Positions 15,150 to 24,927 of a stretch of 64,000 bases of DNA are shown here, piece by piece. A program made the translations under genes and the position numbers. This DNA is from a virus: positions 1 through 64,000 of the IMG/VR virus record IMGVR_UViG_3300008267_000003; one strand, given 5' to 3'. Every line of letters begins with the position of its first letter. Position 1 is the stretch's first letter. The notes below the pieces were generated by a model. It saw only the letters and a list, made by a program, of their open reading frames with translations, made no database searches and had not been told where the DNA came from.

Positions 15150-16358
15150 ATGGCAACTGGTACAATTAGTTCTGGTGTGTATGGATCTTCCCAAGCTGGG
15201 GTAGATGCTCAGAAGCTAGCTATTAGAAAATACGAAAACACCACGGTCCAACACTCAGATGACCGTGGGTGGGTCATGTATAAAAAAACAGAAGAGCCTG
15301 CTTTACCTGATGAAATTATTGAGGAGAAAAGACAGACAGAGCTCGTTGGTGAGCTGAGCCCTATAGTGTATCCTCCCAACCTCAGTGACAATTTTTATAT
15401 TGGGTTCAATGCGTATAGCTATAATAACGACCCAAAGTATAAACGAGCTAATGAAGTAACTAGAACATTCAAACTAAACAAGTCAGTGTATCTTCCTCTT
15501 CCAGCAAACATTACCGATTCCTACGCTGCTAGTTATAATTCTGAAAATCTGTATTTCTTTGGCAATGCTCTCAAAGGTCAGTTTGATAACCTAATGCAAC
15601 AAAACGGTACAAAGAGTGTTAGTAACATTATGAATAAAGAGTCGCTTAATAAAGCGGTCTCTGGATTAGCAGATGTTATAGAAAACACTTCTGCTGCTGA
15701 TATAGGTGCTATAGGTGGTACTTATCTAATGTCGGGAATGGGTGGACCATTAGCTGGAGCAGCAAAAGCTTCATTTCAGGTTACAACTAATCCTCATCCA
15801 GTTATGATTTATAGTGGAACAGGATTCAAGTCTTTCTCTTTCAGCTGGGTGTTCTACCCTGAAACCTACCAAGAGTCTGAGCTAATCAAAACCATAGTAG
15901 GTTACTTCAGAAGAGAAATGCTTCCAGAGCAGCATGAAAAATATTCGTCAATACTTAAGACACCTGCAATATTTGAAATAAAAATGGCGCCTGATGATCA
16001 TACCAAGAAATTTAAAAAGTGTGTGATCACTGGAATGGATGTTAACTATACTCCGGCAGGACCGGCCTTCATCTTTAATGATCTGGAAGATCAAGGGGAT
16101 GCAAGAGTTCCAGCAGCTGTATCTCTAACTCTCAACTTCCAAGAAATTGAAGTATGGCTTGCTAATGACTTCCACGAGACAGAAGAAAAGTTATTTGATT
16201 TTAAAACATCAAAAAGTATGATGAAAGTTCCTACTGCTATTCCGGGTCCAGTACCGGGTTCTGGACTTAATGGAAGCGATACTGGTGGCGGTAGTGAATT
16301 ACCACCTATTGAAGATAGGTCAAGGGGTGCACGTGCATATCCTGATGGATCAATTTAA
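15150..16358 (+). CDS. 48: Baseplate tail tube cap gp48
   Basis: LPLP..I.DSY, NP....Y.G..F.SFSF.W...P....ES..I..IV..F, CVI..M.VNYTP, L.L.FQE. Confidence 0.8.
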   Translation: MATGTISSGVYGSSQAGVDAQKLAIRKYENTTVQHSDDRGWVMYKKTEEPALPDEIIEEKRQTELVGELSPIVYPPNLSDNFYIGFNAYSYNNDPKYKRANEVTRTFKLNKSVYLPLPANITDSYAASYNSENLYFFGNALKGQFDNLMQQNGTKSVSNIMNKESLNKAVSGLADVIENTSAADIGAIGGTYLMSGMGGPLAGAAKASFQVTTNPHPVMIYSGTGFKSFSFSWVFYPETYQESELIKTIVGYFRREMLPEQHEKYSSILKTPAIFEIKMAPDDHTKKFKKCVITGMDVNYTPAGPAFIFNDLEDQGDARVPAAVSLTLNFQEIEVWLANDFHETEEKLFDFKTSKSMMKVPTAIPGPVPGSGLNGSDTGGGSELPPIEDRSRGARAYPDGSI

Positions 16359-16399
16359 TACTAATAAGCACATTAACTTAAACTCATGTCAAGGTAAAA

Positions 16400-17269
16400 A
16401 TGGCAGATAATTATTTCAGACACTACCCGCTTACATCTTTCAGTAATACAGTTGCTGTTAATTTACTTGCTAAAGTTTCATTTAAAAAAGACTTCGACAA
16501 AAATTACTACACGTTTCACCCATACACAATAAAAGAGGGTGATAGGCCTGACATTATAGCCTACCTATACTACGGAGATCCTGGATATGACTGGATAGTC
16601 TACTACAGTAATAACATAGTTGATCCTTATCATGATTGGTACTTAGATCAAGAGACCTTTAAAAAATTCATAGAAGACAAGTATGGTTCAATATACAAAG
16701 CTCAATCAAAAGTTAAGTTTTATAGAACAAACTACTATGATGATTTTTCAATAATAACAACAGCCTACTACAACAGCTTGTCCAATGTTCAAAAGAACTA
16801 CTGGTCTCCTATCATGGGTGTCAACAATAGTGTTTCTAATTACGAACGTAAAAAGGAAGAGGTTATCAGAACCACTAATAGAACGCTGTCTTTAACTGTT
16901 AGTAATGTTGGAAATACTGAGTTTCAGCTTTTAGAAAATGTATATCAGCTTAGCGGCGGTGTAAAGTCTGCTGTTGGGACTCTCAGAGGTATAAGCACGG
17001 ATAAGCTAACTCTAACAATAGATAATATTCAAGGTACATTCTCCAATACAGTAAATGTTAAGGGTGATGATAGCCTAGCAAACGCGACTGTCTCAAGTGT
17101 AGCAACTCTTTCAACAAATATATCTAACGAAGAGATTAATTATTATGTTCCTGTTACCTATTGGGATGTTGAGACAGAGAAAAACGAAAAGAAAAAGAAT
17201 ATTCTTTTATTAGATCCAGTTTATGTAGATGATATTGTTCAACAATTTAAACTATTAATGTCCTCATAA
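16400..17269 (+). CDS. 53: Baseplate wedge gp53
   Basis: YF..YP, Y.I.EGDRPD.IA...YGDP..DW....NNIVDP..DW. Confidence 0.88.
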   Translation: MADNYFRHYPLTSFSNTVAVNLLAKVSFKKDFDKNYYTFHPYTIKEGDRPDIIAYLYYGDPGYDWIVYYSNNIVDPYHDWYLDQETFKKFIEDKYGSIYKAQSKVKFYRTNYYDDFSIITTAYYNSLSNVQKNYWSPIMGVNNSVSNYERKKEEVIRTTNRTLSLTVSNVGNTEFQLLENVYQLSGGVKSAVGTLRGISTDKLTLTIDNIQGTFSNTVNVKGDDSLANATVSSVATLSTNISNEEINYYVPVTYWDVETEKNEKKKNILLLDPVYVDDIVQQFKLLMSS

Positions 17270-18570
17270 TGAGCTTAAGTCCCGGTCAGTGTTTAATTAA
17301 AAGTATTTCCATAACAAACAGCGATGGAAAAACTATTTCAAAAGACAATGGTTTTTTTGAATACCTTCACTCAATAGATATCTACGAGAGTATTTTTACA
17401 CCGTACATTTTAGCAGATTTATTCATTACAGACGGATCTAGCTTGAGAGAACGTTTTAATTTCTCTGGAAATGAAGATTTTGCGATAGAATTTTTAGGTT
17501 ATGGAAATGACCAACCATTACGTTATGAGATGAAGGTTGTTGAGATAAAAACAATGCTGGTTAGTAATAACCTAAGAAGTAAAAACATTGCAATAAGGCT
17601 AGCAAGTAAAGAGTTGATTATAAATTCTGCTCAGAAGGTTTCGAAAAGCTATTCATCTTCAGCCAAAGACATTGTATCAGATATACTATTCAACAATATT
17701 GGAACAAAAAAACAACTAACATATGAGTCAACAAAAGATTTACCGGTAACTGTCATTCCCTTCATGAGTCCTTTTGAGGGTATTGATTTTGTGAGAAAGA
17801 GATGTGTATCAGACACTTACGCATCGTCGGTGTTTTTGTTTTTTGAGAACGCTAATGGATATTATTTTACAGCATTAGAAGCAATAATAAAAAATAAAAA
17901 CATTTTTAATGGTGTACCAGAAATTCCGATTTACTTTCAAAAAGAAGATGTTTCATCCAATATTAAAGATACAGCTTCTGCAACATCAGATTCTAAATCC
18001 AATCTCCTCTTCGCAAACTATACTGTAAATTCCCCTGTAAATGTTAACCATTTAGTGGATGATGGTGGTTTAAATAACGATATTCATCAGTTCGATTTTA
18101 CAACCAAGCAGGTTAGTAGAAGACAGTTTCAAAATAAGCCCAACTCAAAAGTATTTGAAGAGCTTACTAATGGAAATAATACAATATTGACTAATAACAT
18201 TTTTGATGCATATTCAAGCGGTAAAAGAAAGCCCATGTTTATTCCGTTTGCGTTGTACAAAGAGTCAGAAAATAAAACAAGTAACTTTTTATTTGACGTA
18301 CTACCTGAACGAGTGTGCCTTTCGAACATTTTTACACAGCAAAGAACATATATTGACATTCCAGGTAACACAAAGCTGTTAGCTGGAAGCGTTATAAACC
18401 TAGAAGTACCGAGGCACGATTCCTTGGAGCTTAACAAGACGAGAAATGAAATAGACAGTGGGTATTATATTGTTTCCTCCGTGAAGCATTCCATAACTCT
18501 TACTGAAGATACTAAATTCAGTTCACATTTAGAATTAATGAGACATGGTAGAGGAGTATTTGAGCAATGA
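17269..18570 (+). CDS. Baseplate hub protein, gp27-like
   Basis: IYES.F.P, G.E, VSKSY, FLFFEN..G..F, PG...L.AG.VI, SG.Y.V..VKH; immediately upstream of gp5. Confidence 0.7.
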   Translation: MSLSPGQCLIKSISITNSDGKTISKDNGFFEYLHSIDIYESIFTPYILADLFITDGSSLRERFNFSGNEDFAIEFLGYGNDQPLRYEMKVVEIKTMLVSNNLRSKNIAIRLASKELIINSAQKVSKSYSSSAKDIVSDILFNNIGTKKQLTYESTKDLPVTVIPFMSPFEGIDFVRKRCVSDTYASSVFLFFENANGYYFTALEAIIKNKNIFNGVPEIPIYFQKEDVSSNIKDTASATSDSKSNLLFANYTVNSPVNVNHLVDDGGLNNDIHQFDFTTKQVSRRQFQNKPNSKVFEELTNGNNTILTNNIFDAYSSGKRKPMFIPFALYKESENKTSNFLFDVLPERVCLSNIFTQQRTYIDIPGNTKLLAGSVINLEVPRHDSLELNKTRNEIDSGYYIVSSVKHSITLTEDTKFSSHLELMRHGRGVFEQ

Positions 18571-19352
18571 CAACTGTAGCTTTAGGAGAAGAAGGATTCA
18601 GATGGTGGGTTGGAGTGGTAGAAGACAGGGAGGATCCAAAGCAGCTTGGGCGAGTTCGAGTGAGAATATACAATGTTCATCCCTTTACTGCTGGTGGGCA
18701 GCCAGATATTGCATTAGTGCCTACAGAGCATCTTCCATGGGCCACACCCTTGAATTCGGTGGTAAGCTCTGGTATATACAGTGAAGATTTAAAAGATGGT
18801 ATTGGAGTAAGTCCAGTAGGTTTGATTGTTGGTTCTCACGTTGTTGGTTTTTTTGCTGATAGTAATGAATGTCAGATACCAATAATAATGGGATCTTTTG
18901 CGGGATTAAGTGGAAAAGATGAAAACAACGAGATACCAAACTCATCAATTGGAAAGAATACAGTAGGATCCATAAAAAATAACCAAAGAGTCGAAGCAAG
19001 TACTCCTTTTGCTGGGGAACCTGATTCTCCATTTAACCCTAAATATCCTTATAATAAATCCTTTAGAACAGAATCTGGACATCTTGTTGAGATTGATGAT
19101 TCTCCTGGAAATGAACGTATCCATGTTTTTCACAAAACAGGTACCTATATTGAAGTTGATAAGAACGGTCAAACAGTTATAAAATCAGTATCAAATAGGT
19201 TTGATGTTACAGTTGGATCAAATGAAGTTTATGTTGGTGGTAACGTGAATGTTAGCGTCAAGGGTAATGTTAATATGGTCGTTGATGGGACATATACTGT
19301 TGAGTCTAAAGGTAATATGAAATTCAAAGCACCAAGGATAGATCTGAACTGA
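18567..19352 (+). CDS. 5: Baseplate central spike gp5 (OB fold plus beta-helix, no lysozyme domain)
   Basis: WW.GVVEDR.DP..LGRVRVR, LPWA, YPYN....ESGH..E.DD.PG.ERI...HK.GT. Confidence 0.92.
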   Translation: MTTVALGEEGFRWWVGVVEDREDPKQLGRVRVRIYNVHPFTAGGQPDIALVPTEHLPWATPLNSVVSSGIYSEDLKDGIGVSPVGLIVGSHVVGFFADSNECQIPIIMGSFAGLSGKDENNEIPNSSIGKNTVGSIKNNQRVEASTPFAGEPDSPFNPKYPYNKSFRTESGHLVEIDDSPGNERIHVFHKTGTYIEVDKNGQTVIKSVSNRFDVTVGSNEVYVGGNVNVSVKGNVNMVVDGTYTVESKGNMKFKAPRIDLN

Positions 19353-19561
19353 TGCCACATAAATTTGTTATTCTTGTTGATGGTGTTCTGAGAGAATACA
19401 ACACGTTTGAGAGTATACCCCAAACGTTTGATAATGTTATAGAATTTTTACCTGAAATTCCACAAGGACCACATACGGAAGATCAACATCATGAAATAGG
19501 TATGTGGAATACAAGACTTAAACAATTAATTTCAAGAGAGAAAAATGCCAGCGGTAACTAG
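19352..19561 (+). CDS. Small protein between gp5 and PAAR
   Basis: 69 aa, IP..FD.VI.F.P..P.GPHT..QH; coupled to both neighbours. Confidence 0.65.
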   Translation: MPHKFVILVDGVLREYNTFESIPQTFDNVIEFLPEIPQGPHTEDQHHEIGMWNTRLKQLISREKNASGN

Positions 19562-19835
19562 AATAGGAGATGCGGATGTTACTCATTGTAGCGGACCTAC
19601 AAGGGCTCAAGGTAGCTCCAGTGTATTTTGTAATGGTATTGCGGTCTCTCGACAGGGCGATATGAATACAACTCACCTCCTTCCAGGATCACCGTGTCCA
19701 TCTCATGCAGCTCCTATTGCTACTGGATCTGGTTCAGTTTTTGTTAATAGCAAAGGCTGTGGAAGAGTGGGAGACTCTATATCAGGTTGCACTTCTGTAG
19801 CAGCCGGATCATCTAACGTTTTTGCTGGAGGCTAA
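19545..19835 (+). CDS. PAAR spike-tip protein (gp5.4-like)
   Basis: MPAVTRIGD, GS.SVF.NG..V.R.GD, GRVGD, GSSNVFAG. Confidence 0.92.
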   Translation: MPAVTRIGDADVTHCSGPTRAQGSSSVFCNGIAVSRQGDMNTTHLLPGSPCPSHAAPIATGSGSVFVNSKGCGRVGDSISGCTSVAAGSSNVFAGG

Positions 19836-20264
19836 ATGCCTGTAATATCGTTTGCAGACAAATATACAACAACTGGTATTCTCGGAGAGAGATACAGTGA
19901 CTTTTACATTAACTTCAATGTTAACCGCGGTACAAAAGACCTAGCAAGGCTAACAGATGAAAATGCAATTATAAGATCTATAAAGAATATAATTTTTACA
20001 AGGAAAGGTGAAAAACCTTTCAATCCTCAGTTTGGAAGTAATATACTGAGTTTGTTATTTGAAAACTTTAACAAATTTACTGCTGCTACTTTAGAGAGTG
20101 AGATTGAGACCACTATACAGAACTTTGAACCTAGAGTTAGAACAATACGTGTATCAGCACAAAACAACATTGATAGAAATGAGGTTTATGTAACCATTTA
20201 TTTTAACACAATAAATAGCTCAGAGACTACCTCCGTAACTATCTTACTTACCAGAATACGATAA
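19836..20264 (+). CDS. 25: Baseplate wedge gp25
   Basis: SIKNII.T.KGE.PF.P.FGS, LLFE, I..FEPRV. Confidence 0.92.
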   Translation: MPVISFADKYTTTGILGERYSDFYINFNVNRGTKDLARLTDENAIIRSIKNIIFTRKGEKPFNPQFGSNILSLLFENFNKFTAATLESEIETTIQNFEPRVRTIRVSAQNNIDRNEVYVTIYFNTINSSETTSVTILLTRIR

Positions 20265-22051
20265 TGGCTAATACATCTATAAATTTAATAGATCTAGACT
20301 TCAATGGGTTAAAAGACTCTTTGAAATCACACCTTAGATCACAAGACAGATTCAGGGACTATGATTTTGATGGATCTAATATATCAACACTGCTTGACGT
20401 CCTTACGTACAACACATATCTCAATGTGTTTTATCTTAACATGGTTGCAAGTGAGATGTTTTTGGATACAGCTCAATCCAAGGATAGTATAGTATCACAT
20501 GCCAAGGAACTGAACTACCTACCTAGATCCTTCAGGTCATCAACAGCATCAGTCAATATTAAAATCACACCAAGTACTACAGTGTCTTCGGTGGTAATCC
20601 CCAAGGGGACAGGATTTACTTCAAGAATAGGATCAAACACATTCAACTTCGTGACTGGTGAAGCAATAGCAATCACAACTAGCAGCAATGGTTCATTTTA
20701 CGCTAACAATACTTTGCTATATGAAGGTGCTTACGTAACTGATTCTTTTGTAAAAAATGAATCTAACACAAGTCAAAGATTTATTCTAAGCAATCCAAAC
20801 ATCGACACATCCAGTCTTCAAATTACTATACTGGAAAATAGTGGTGCTGATCAATACGACTACGTACAAGCATTTTCACTTTTTGGATATGGATCCAACT
20901 CTAATATATTCTTTGTGCAGCCCGCTGAGAATGAGCTGTATGAGATAGTGTTTGGAGACAACATCATTGGAAGAGCTCCAAAAAGTGGAGCGTTAATGGA
21001 TGTTAGTTATAGAATTAGCACGGGTGAGCTTTCAAACGGTGCAGAAAACTTTGTTAACAACTCCAACATTGATGGTCACTCCAATGTTTCAATAACTTTG
21101 GTAAGCGCAGCGGTTAATGGATCGGTATCAGAGTCAGTTGAATCAATAAAATTTAACTCCACAAGAAATTTCCAGGCTCAGGAGAGAGCTGTTACAGAAG
21201 AAGATTATAGAACTCTGCTTCTAAGAGAGTTTCCAGAGATTCAAGCAATATCTGTTTATGGTGGCGAGAAAGTAGATCCACCTCAGTATGGTAAAGTTTT
21301 TATAGCAATCGATATCAGTAACGCAGATGGCATTCCTCAGCTTAATAAAGATCTTTATAATTCATACCTAAAAAACAAAGTTCCACTATCAGTTACAACA
21401 GAGTTTGTTGATCCTAACATAGTCTACATGAGAGTTGTTTCAAGCGTTAAGTACAATGTAAACATTACAACCCTTGCAGAAAATGACATTAAAAATAAAG
21501 TTATTGGTTCAATTGTAGACTACAATACAAAAGAGCTCAACGACTTTAATTCAGAGTTCAGCTACAGTACATTCTTAGCCAGAATTGACGGAAGTGATCC
21601 AAGTATTATTAGTAATTTTACACAGATCAATCCTTTTATCAGAATCGTCCCTATTGTCAATGCAAACAACTCATATGTTCTTAATTTTAACAATGCAATC
21701 TTAAAGACATCACCAGGTGATTCAACTCACGCAATTGACACGGATAAGGGTGTGTTTTCATCGACCTTTACCTATGGTGGTGTAACATGTATGATAGAAG
21801 ATGATGGAAACGGAGCTCTGCGTATAGTGAAGATATCGTCAACAGAACACGTGGAAGTTAAGAAAATAGGTACGGTGGATTACGCTACCGGGAGAGTTGA
21901 CATAGTTAATTTTGACCCATCCTCATATACTGGAGCTGGTGTTGATATCTTCATTAAGCCAGTTATCTTTGACTTTGTGACTTCAAAGAACGACATACTT
22001 GTGATTAATCCAAGAGACATTTTTGTAAGTTTGACACCGGTTAGAAAATGA
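20264..22051 (+). CDS. 6: Baseplate wedge gp6
   Basis: LDF..LK..LK, F.DYDF.GS, EMFLDTA, SHAKELNY.PRS, FGD...G..P, Q.RAVT..DY, GGE...PPQYGKV. Confidence 0.95.
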   Translation: MANTSINLIDLDFNGLKDSLKSHLRSQDRFRDYDFDGSNISTLLDVLTYNTYLNVFYLNMVASEMFLDTAQSKDSIVSHAKELNYLPRSFRSSTASVNIKITPSTTVSSVVIPKGTGFTSRIGSNTFNFVTGEAIAITTSSNGSFYANNTLLYEGAYVTDSFVKNESNTSQRFILSNPNIDTSSLQITILENSGADQYDYVQAFSLFGYGSNSNIFFVQPAENELYEIVFGDNIIGRAPKSGALMDVSYRISTGELSNGAENFVNNSNIDGHSNVSITLVSAAVNGSVSESVESIKFNSTRNFQAQERAVTEEDYRTLLLREFPEIQAISVYGGEKVDPPQYGKVFIAIDISNADGIPQLNKDLYNSYLKNKVPLSVTTEFVDPNIVYMRVVSSVKYNVNITTLAENDIKNKVIGSIVDYNTKELNDFNSEFSYSTFLARIDGSDPSIISNFTQINPFIRIVPIVNANNSYVLNFNNAILKTSPGDSTHAIDTDKGVFSSTFTYGGVTCMIEDDGNGALRIVKISSTEHVEVKKIGTVDYATGRVDIVNFDPSSYTGAGVDIFIKPVIFDFVTSKNDILVINPRDIFVSLTPVRK

Positions 22052-24927
22052 GAGAAATAGAACAAAACATTTCTTACTTTGTCGATAGACACTTTCCTTC
22101 TTTCATGCAGGAAGAAGGTCCTGTTTTCATTGAGTTTGTTAAAGAGTATTATAGATGGGCGGAACAGTCTAATAACTTTTTGTATCACTCTAGAAACCTA
22201 ATTAACTATAAAGATGTAGACAAAACCGTTGATCAATTTAAAGTATACTTTCAGCAAAAGTTTCTTCAAGGTACTCAGCTAAACACCGACAAGACTGCAA
22301 GTGAAGTTAAGCACTCCCTAGACATATATCGTTCTAAAGGGACTGAAAGAAGCGTTGAGCTTTTGTTTAAAAACAGTTATGATGTCTCTGACGTAGAAAT
22401 ATACTATCCTAAGAAAGATATACTTAAGCCTTCCGATGGACAATGGAACGTTCCTGTTTATCTAGAAGTATCTTTATCTGAAAGATCAAAGACATTTCTT
22501 GGTAAGGAAATCACTGGGTCGTCTTCTGGTGCTACTGCCTTTGTTGAGGGTATTAGTAGAAAATCACTTCAAGGCAAGTACGTAGATGTATTATACCTAT
22601 CCAGTGTTTCGGGTAACTTCCTTTTCAGAGAGCTTGTAACGGATAACGGATCGTTAGAAGATGCTCCTTCTATTATTGGTTCTCTAACTTCAATCACACT
22701 TAACGACCGCGGTCGGGATTTTGAGGTTGGAGATATTATCGATATTGTAACCTCTTCTGTTGGTAAACAGGGTAAAGCAAGGGTCACGGAAGTATCTAAA
22801 GCTACTGGTAAAGTGGCATTCTCTCTGGTGGATGGAGGAACCGGTTACTTCTTGAACACAGCTCCTGTTATTGCTCAGAAGATGTTGAGTATCCAAAACA
22901 TAAGCAGTAGTAATGTTTATGTTCCAACTTTTATTATTGACGAGACTGTAACACAGCCTCTTGCCAATCTTGTATTCGAATCTTCCAATGTAACATTCAC
23001 AGTAGGTCAAGCTATTACTGGTGCTAATTCTACAGCCAATGTTGCTGCTGGTAGGATTGTTGGACTAGATCAAGGATCAATATCTGGCACCGCTTCTGCA
23101 AACTCTACTTCCAACTTAGTGATTGGTACTGATACCGTTTTTGTTAATGAGATTGATGTTGGTGATTACATCAAGTTTCAAGCATGTACTGTTTCTTTCT
23201 TGGTGTCCAATGTAATAAGTAATACTTCCTTACGACTATCAACAAATGGTCCTGTTGTTACCGATAACACAATGATTATAGCTAATGCTCACATGCTTGT
23301 TGCTGTGAGTAGTGGTAATTTCTCTACTGCAGATAGAATAGCCAACACAACTGCAATTATATCATCGTATACCAACAGATCAGCTACCGGTAAGGTGATG
23401 GGTGTTAGTAACACTGCTCTTGGTTTGGTAAATGTGTCAAATACGTTTACTCCAAATGCGTATAATTTTGTTAGAGGTAATACGTCTAATGTATACGCTA
23501 ATGTTTTTGTTGTGGGTACTGGTTCTGGTGCCGGTTTCACCATTGGTAGCTTAACAGATGAGGAATCGGTAGCTGTTGGTGGGGAATTGATAGGTGGAGA
23601 TAACTACGTTGCTACACCGTATTTAAGTCTTCAATTGAATGCTCCCCAATATTATTTTCCAAGACTTCCCCAAGGTAATTCTAGTTTTGTTATAGGGCAG
23701 CTGCTTTCAAAGCAGTCGGTTACAATTGGTACAATATCATCACTTGCTTCTGTGAACCCTGGTAGTAATTATAACTTCACACCTTTTGTTTTGCTTCGTG
23801 AGCAGAATATTGCACAGTATGATAAGAAAAACATTCACCTAGTAATTGCTAATAGCTCTGGTAATTTTCTTGAGGGTGAATCAATACTACAAAACTACAC
23901 AACACCTGCTTTCACGCTATCCATATCTGGAGGAAACACTGCATTTACAGTTACTGAGCCAGTTACGCAGCAAATTAATTCAACCGCTAACGTTAGCGGT
24001 GAGGTTGCTACCGCTAATACAACAAGAACAACCGTAATTACCTCTGGTACATTTGTTCAGTCTAGTTTTTCTGCGAACCTATCCGGTACAGTTTCTGCTA
24101 ACAGCACCAGTGCACAGGTAAATGGTGTATCAACCTCGTTTACTTCGCAGCTAGCAGCTGGAAGATATATTAAGTTTAGTAGCAATGGTTTACTTTATAA
24201 AATAAGCTCAATAACAAACAACACAGTGTTAACGCTAGCAAGCAATGCTACATCTATATCCGGTGACACATACACGGTTGCTTCGAATGTAGCTGTTGGG
24301 TTGAATTCAGGATACGGATTCTTTGTGAATACAGCAGTATCAAATGCTCAGATATCTGTGTCAAGAGGGTTAGTAATAAATTCAACTACCCAGATTGTTA
24401 ATTTAAAGAGACAAACATTTAACACAACATTCACTCCTGGTATTCAGATCACTGGAGCCGTGACGGGTGTTACCGCTAATGTTATCAGTGCTACACCCAT
24501 AGTTGAATCTAAGGCTATGGGTAATAATGCTATTGTTGCCGCCGAAGCTGGCTCCGCAAACGGAGAAATAAGAACTCTAACTGTTGTTGATTCGGGATAC
24601 GGTTACGAAGATGGTGAAGATGTTACCATTACAATCAATACTAATCAATATGTTGCTACAGGTTTTGCTAACCTAATCAATCAAGGATATGGTGAAGGTT
24701 ATTTTAAATCTACAAGAGGTTTTCTCAACAGTGATAAATACATCCATGATGGAGAATTTTATCAGGAATATTCTTACCAGATTAAATCTAGTCTTCCGTT
24801 AGATAGTTATTCTGATGTTTTAAAACAACTTATACATGTTGCTGGTACCAAGCTCTTTGGCGGCATTGTTAAGATCTCAAATGCTGTAGTTTCAATGTCT
24901 ACTTCTGGCCTACAAATAGATACATGA
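22048..24927 (+). CDS. 7: Baseplate wedge initiator, gp7-like
   Basis: FP.F..E.GP.F.EF...YY, Y.SKGT..S, IL.PSDG.W, I.DG.FYQ.YSY, H.AG.K.FG. Confidence 0.8.
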   Translation: MREIEQNISYFVDRHFPSFMQEEGPVFIEFVKEYYRWAEQSNNFLYHSRNLINYKDVDKTVDQFKVYFQQKFLQGTQLNTDKTASEVKHSLDIYRSKGTERSVELLFKNSYDVSDVEIYYPKKDILKPSDGQWNVPVYLEVSLSERSKTFLGKEITGSSSGATAFVEGISRKSLQGKYVDVLYLSSVSGNFLFRELVTDNGSLEDAPSIIGSLTSITLNDRGRDFEVGDIIDIVTSSVGKQGKARVTEVSKATGKVAFSLVDGGTGYFLNTAPVIAQKMLSIQNISSSNVYVPTFIIDETVTQPLANLVFESSNVTFTVGQAITGANSTANVAAGRIVGLDQGSISGTASANSTSNLVIGTDTVFVNEIDVGDYIKFQACTVSFLVSNVISNTSLRLSTNGPVVTDNTMIIANAHMLVAVSSGNFSTADRIANTTAIISSYTNRSATGKVMGVSNTALGLVNVSNTFTPNAYNFVRGNTSNVYANVFVVGTGSGAGFTIGSLTDEESVAVGGELIGGDNYVATPYLSLQLNAPQYYFPRLPQGNSSFVIGQLLSKQSVTIGTISSLASVNPGSNYNFTPFVLLREQNIAQYDKKNIHLVIANSSGNFLEGESILQNYTTPAFTLSISGGNTAFTVTEPVTQQINSTANVSGEVATANTTRTTVITSGTFVQSSFSANLSGTVSANSTSAQVNGVSTSFTSQLAAGRYIKFSSNGLLYKISSITNNTVLTLASNATSISGDTYTVASNVAVGLNSGYGFFVNTAVSNAQISVSRGLVINSTTQIVNLKRQTFNTTFTPGIQITGAVTGVTANVISATPIVESKAMGNNAIVAAEAGSANGEIRTLTVVDSGYGYEDGEDVTITINTNQYVATGFANLINQGYGEGYFKSTRGFLNSDKYIHDGEFYQEYSYQIKSSLPLDSYSDVLKQLIHVAGTKLFGGIVKISNAVVSMSTSGLQIDT

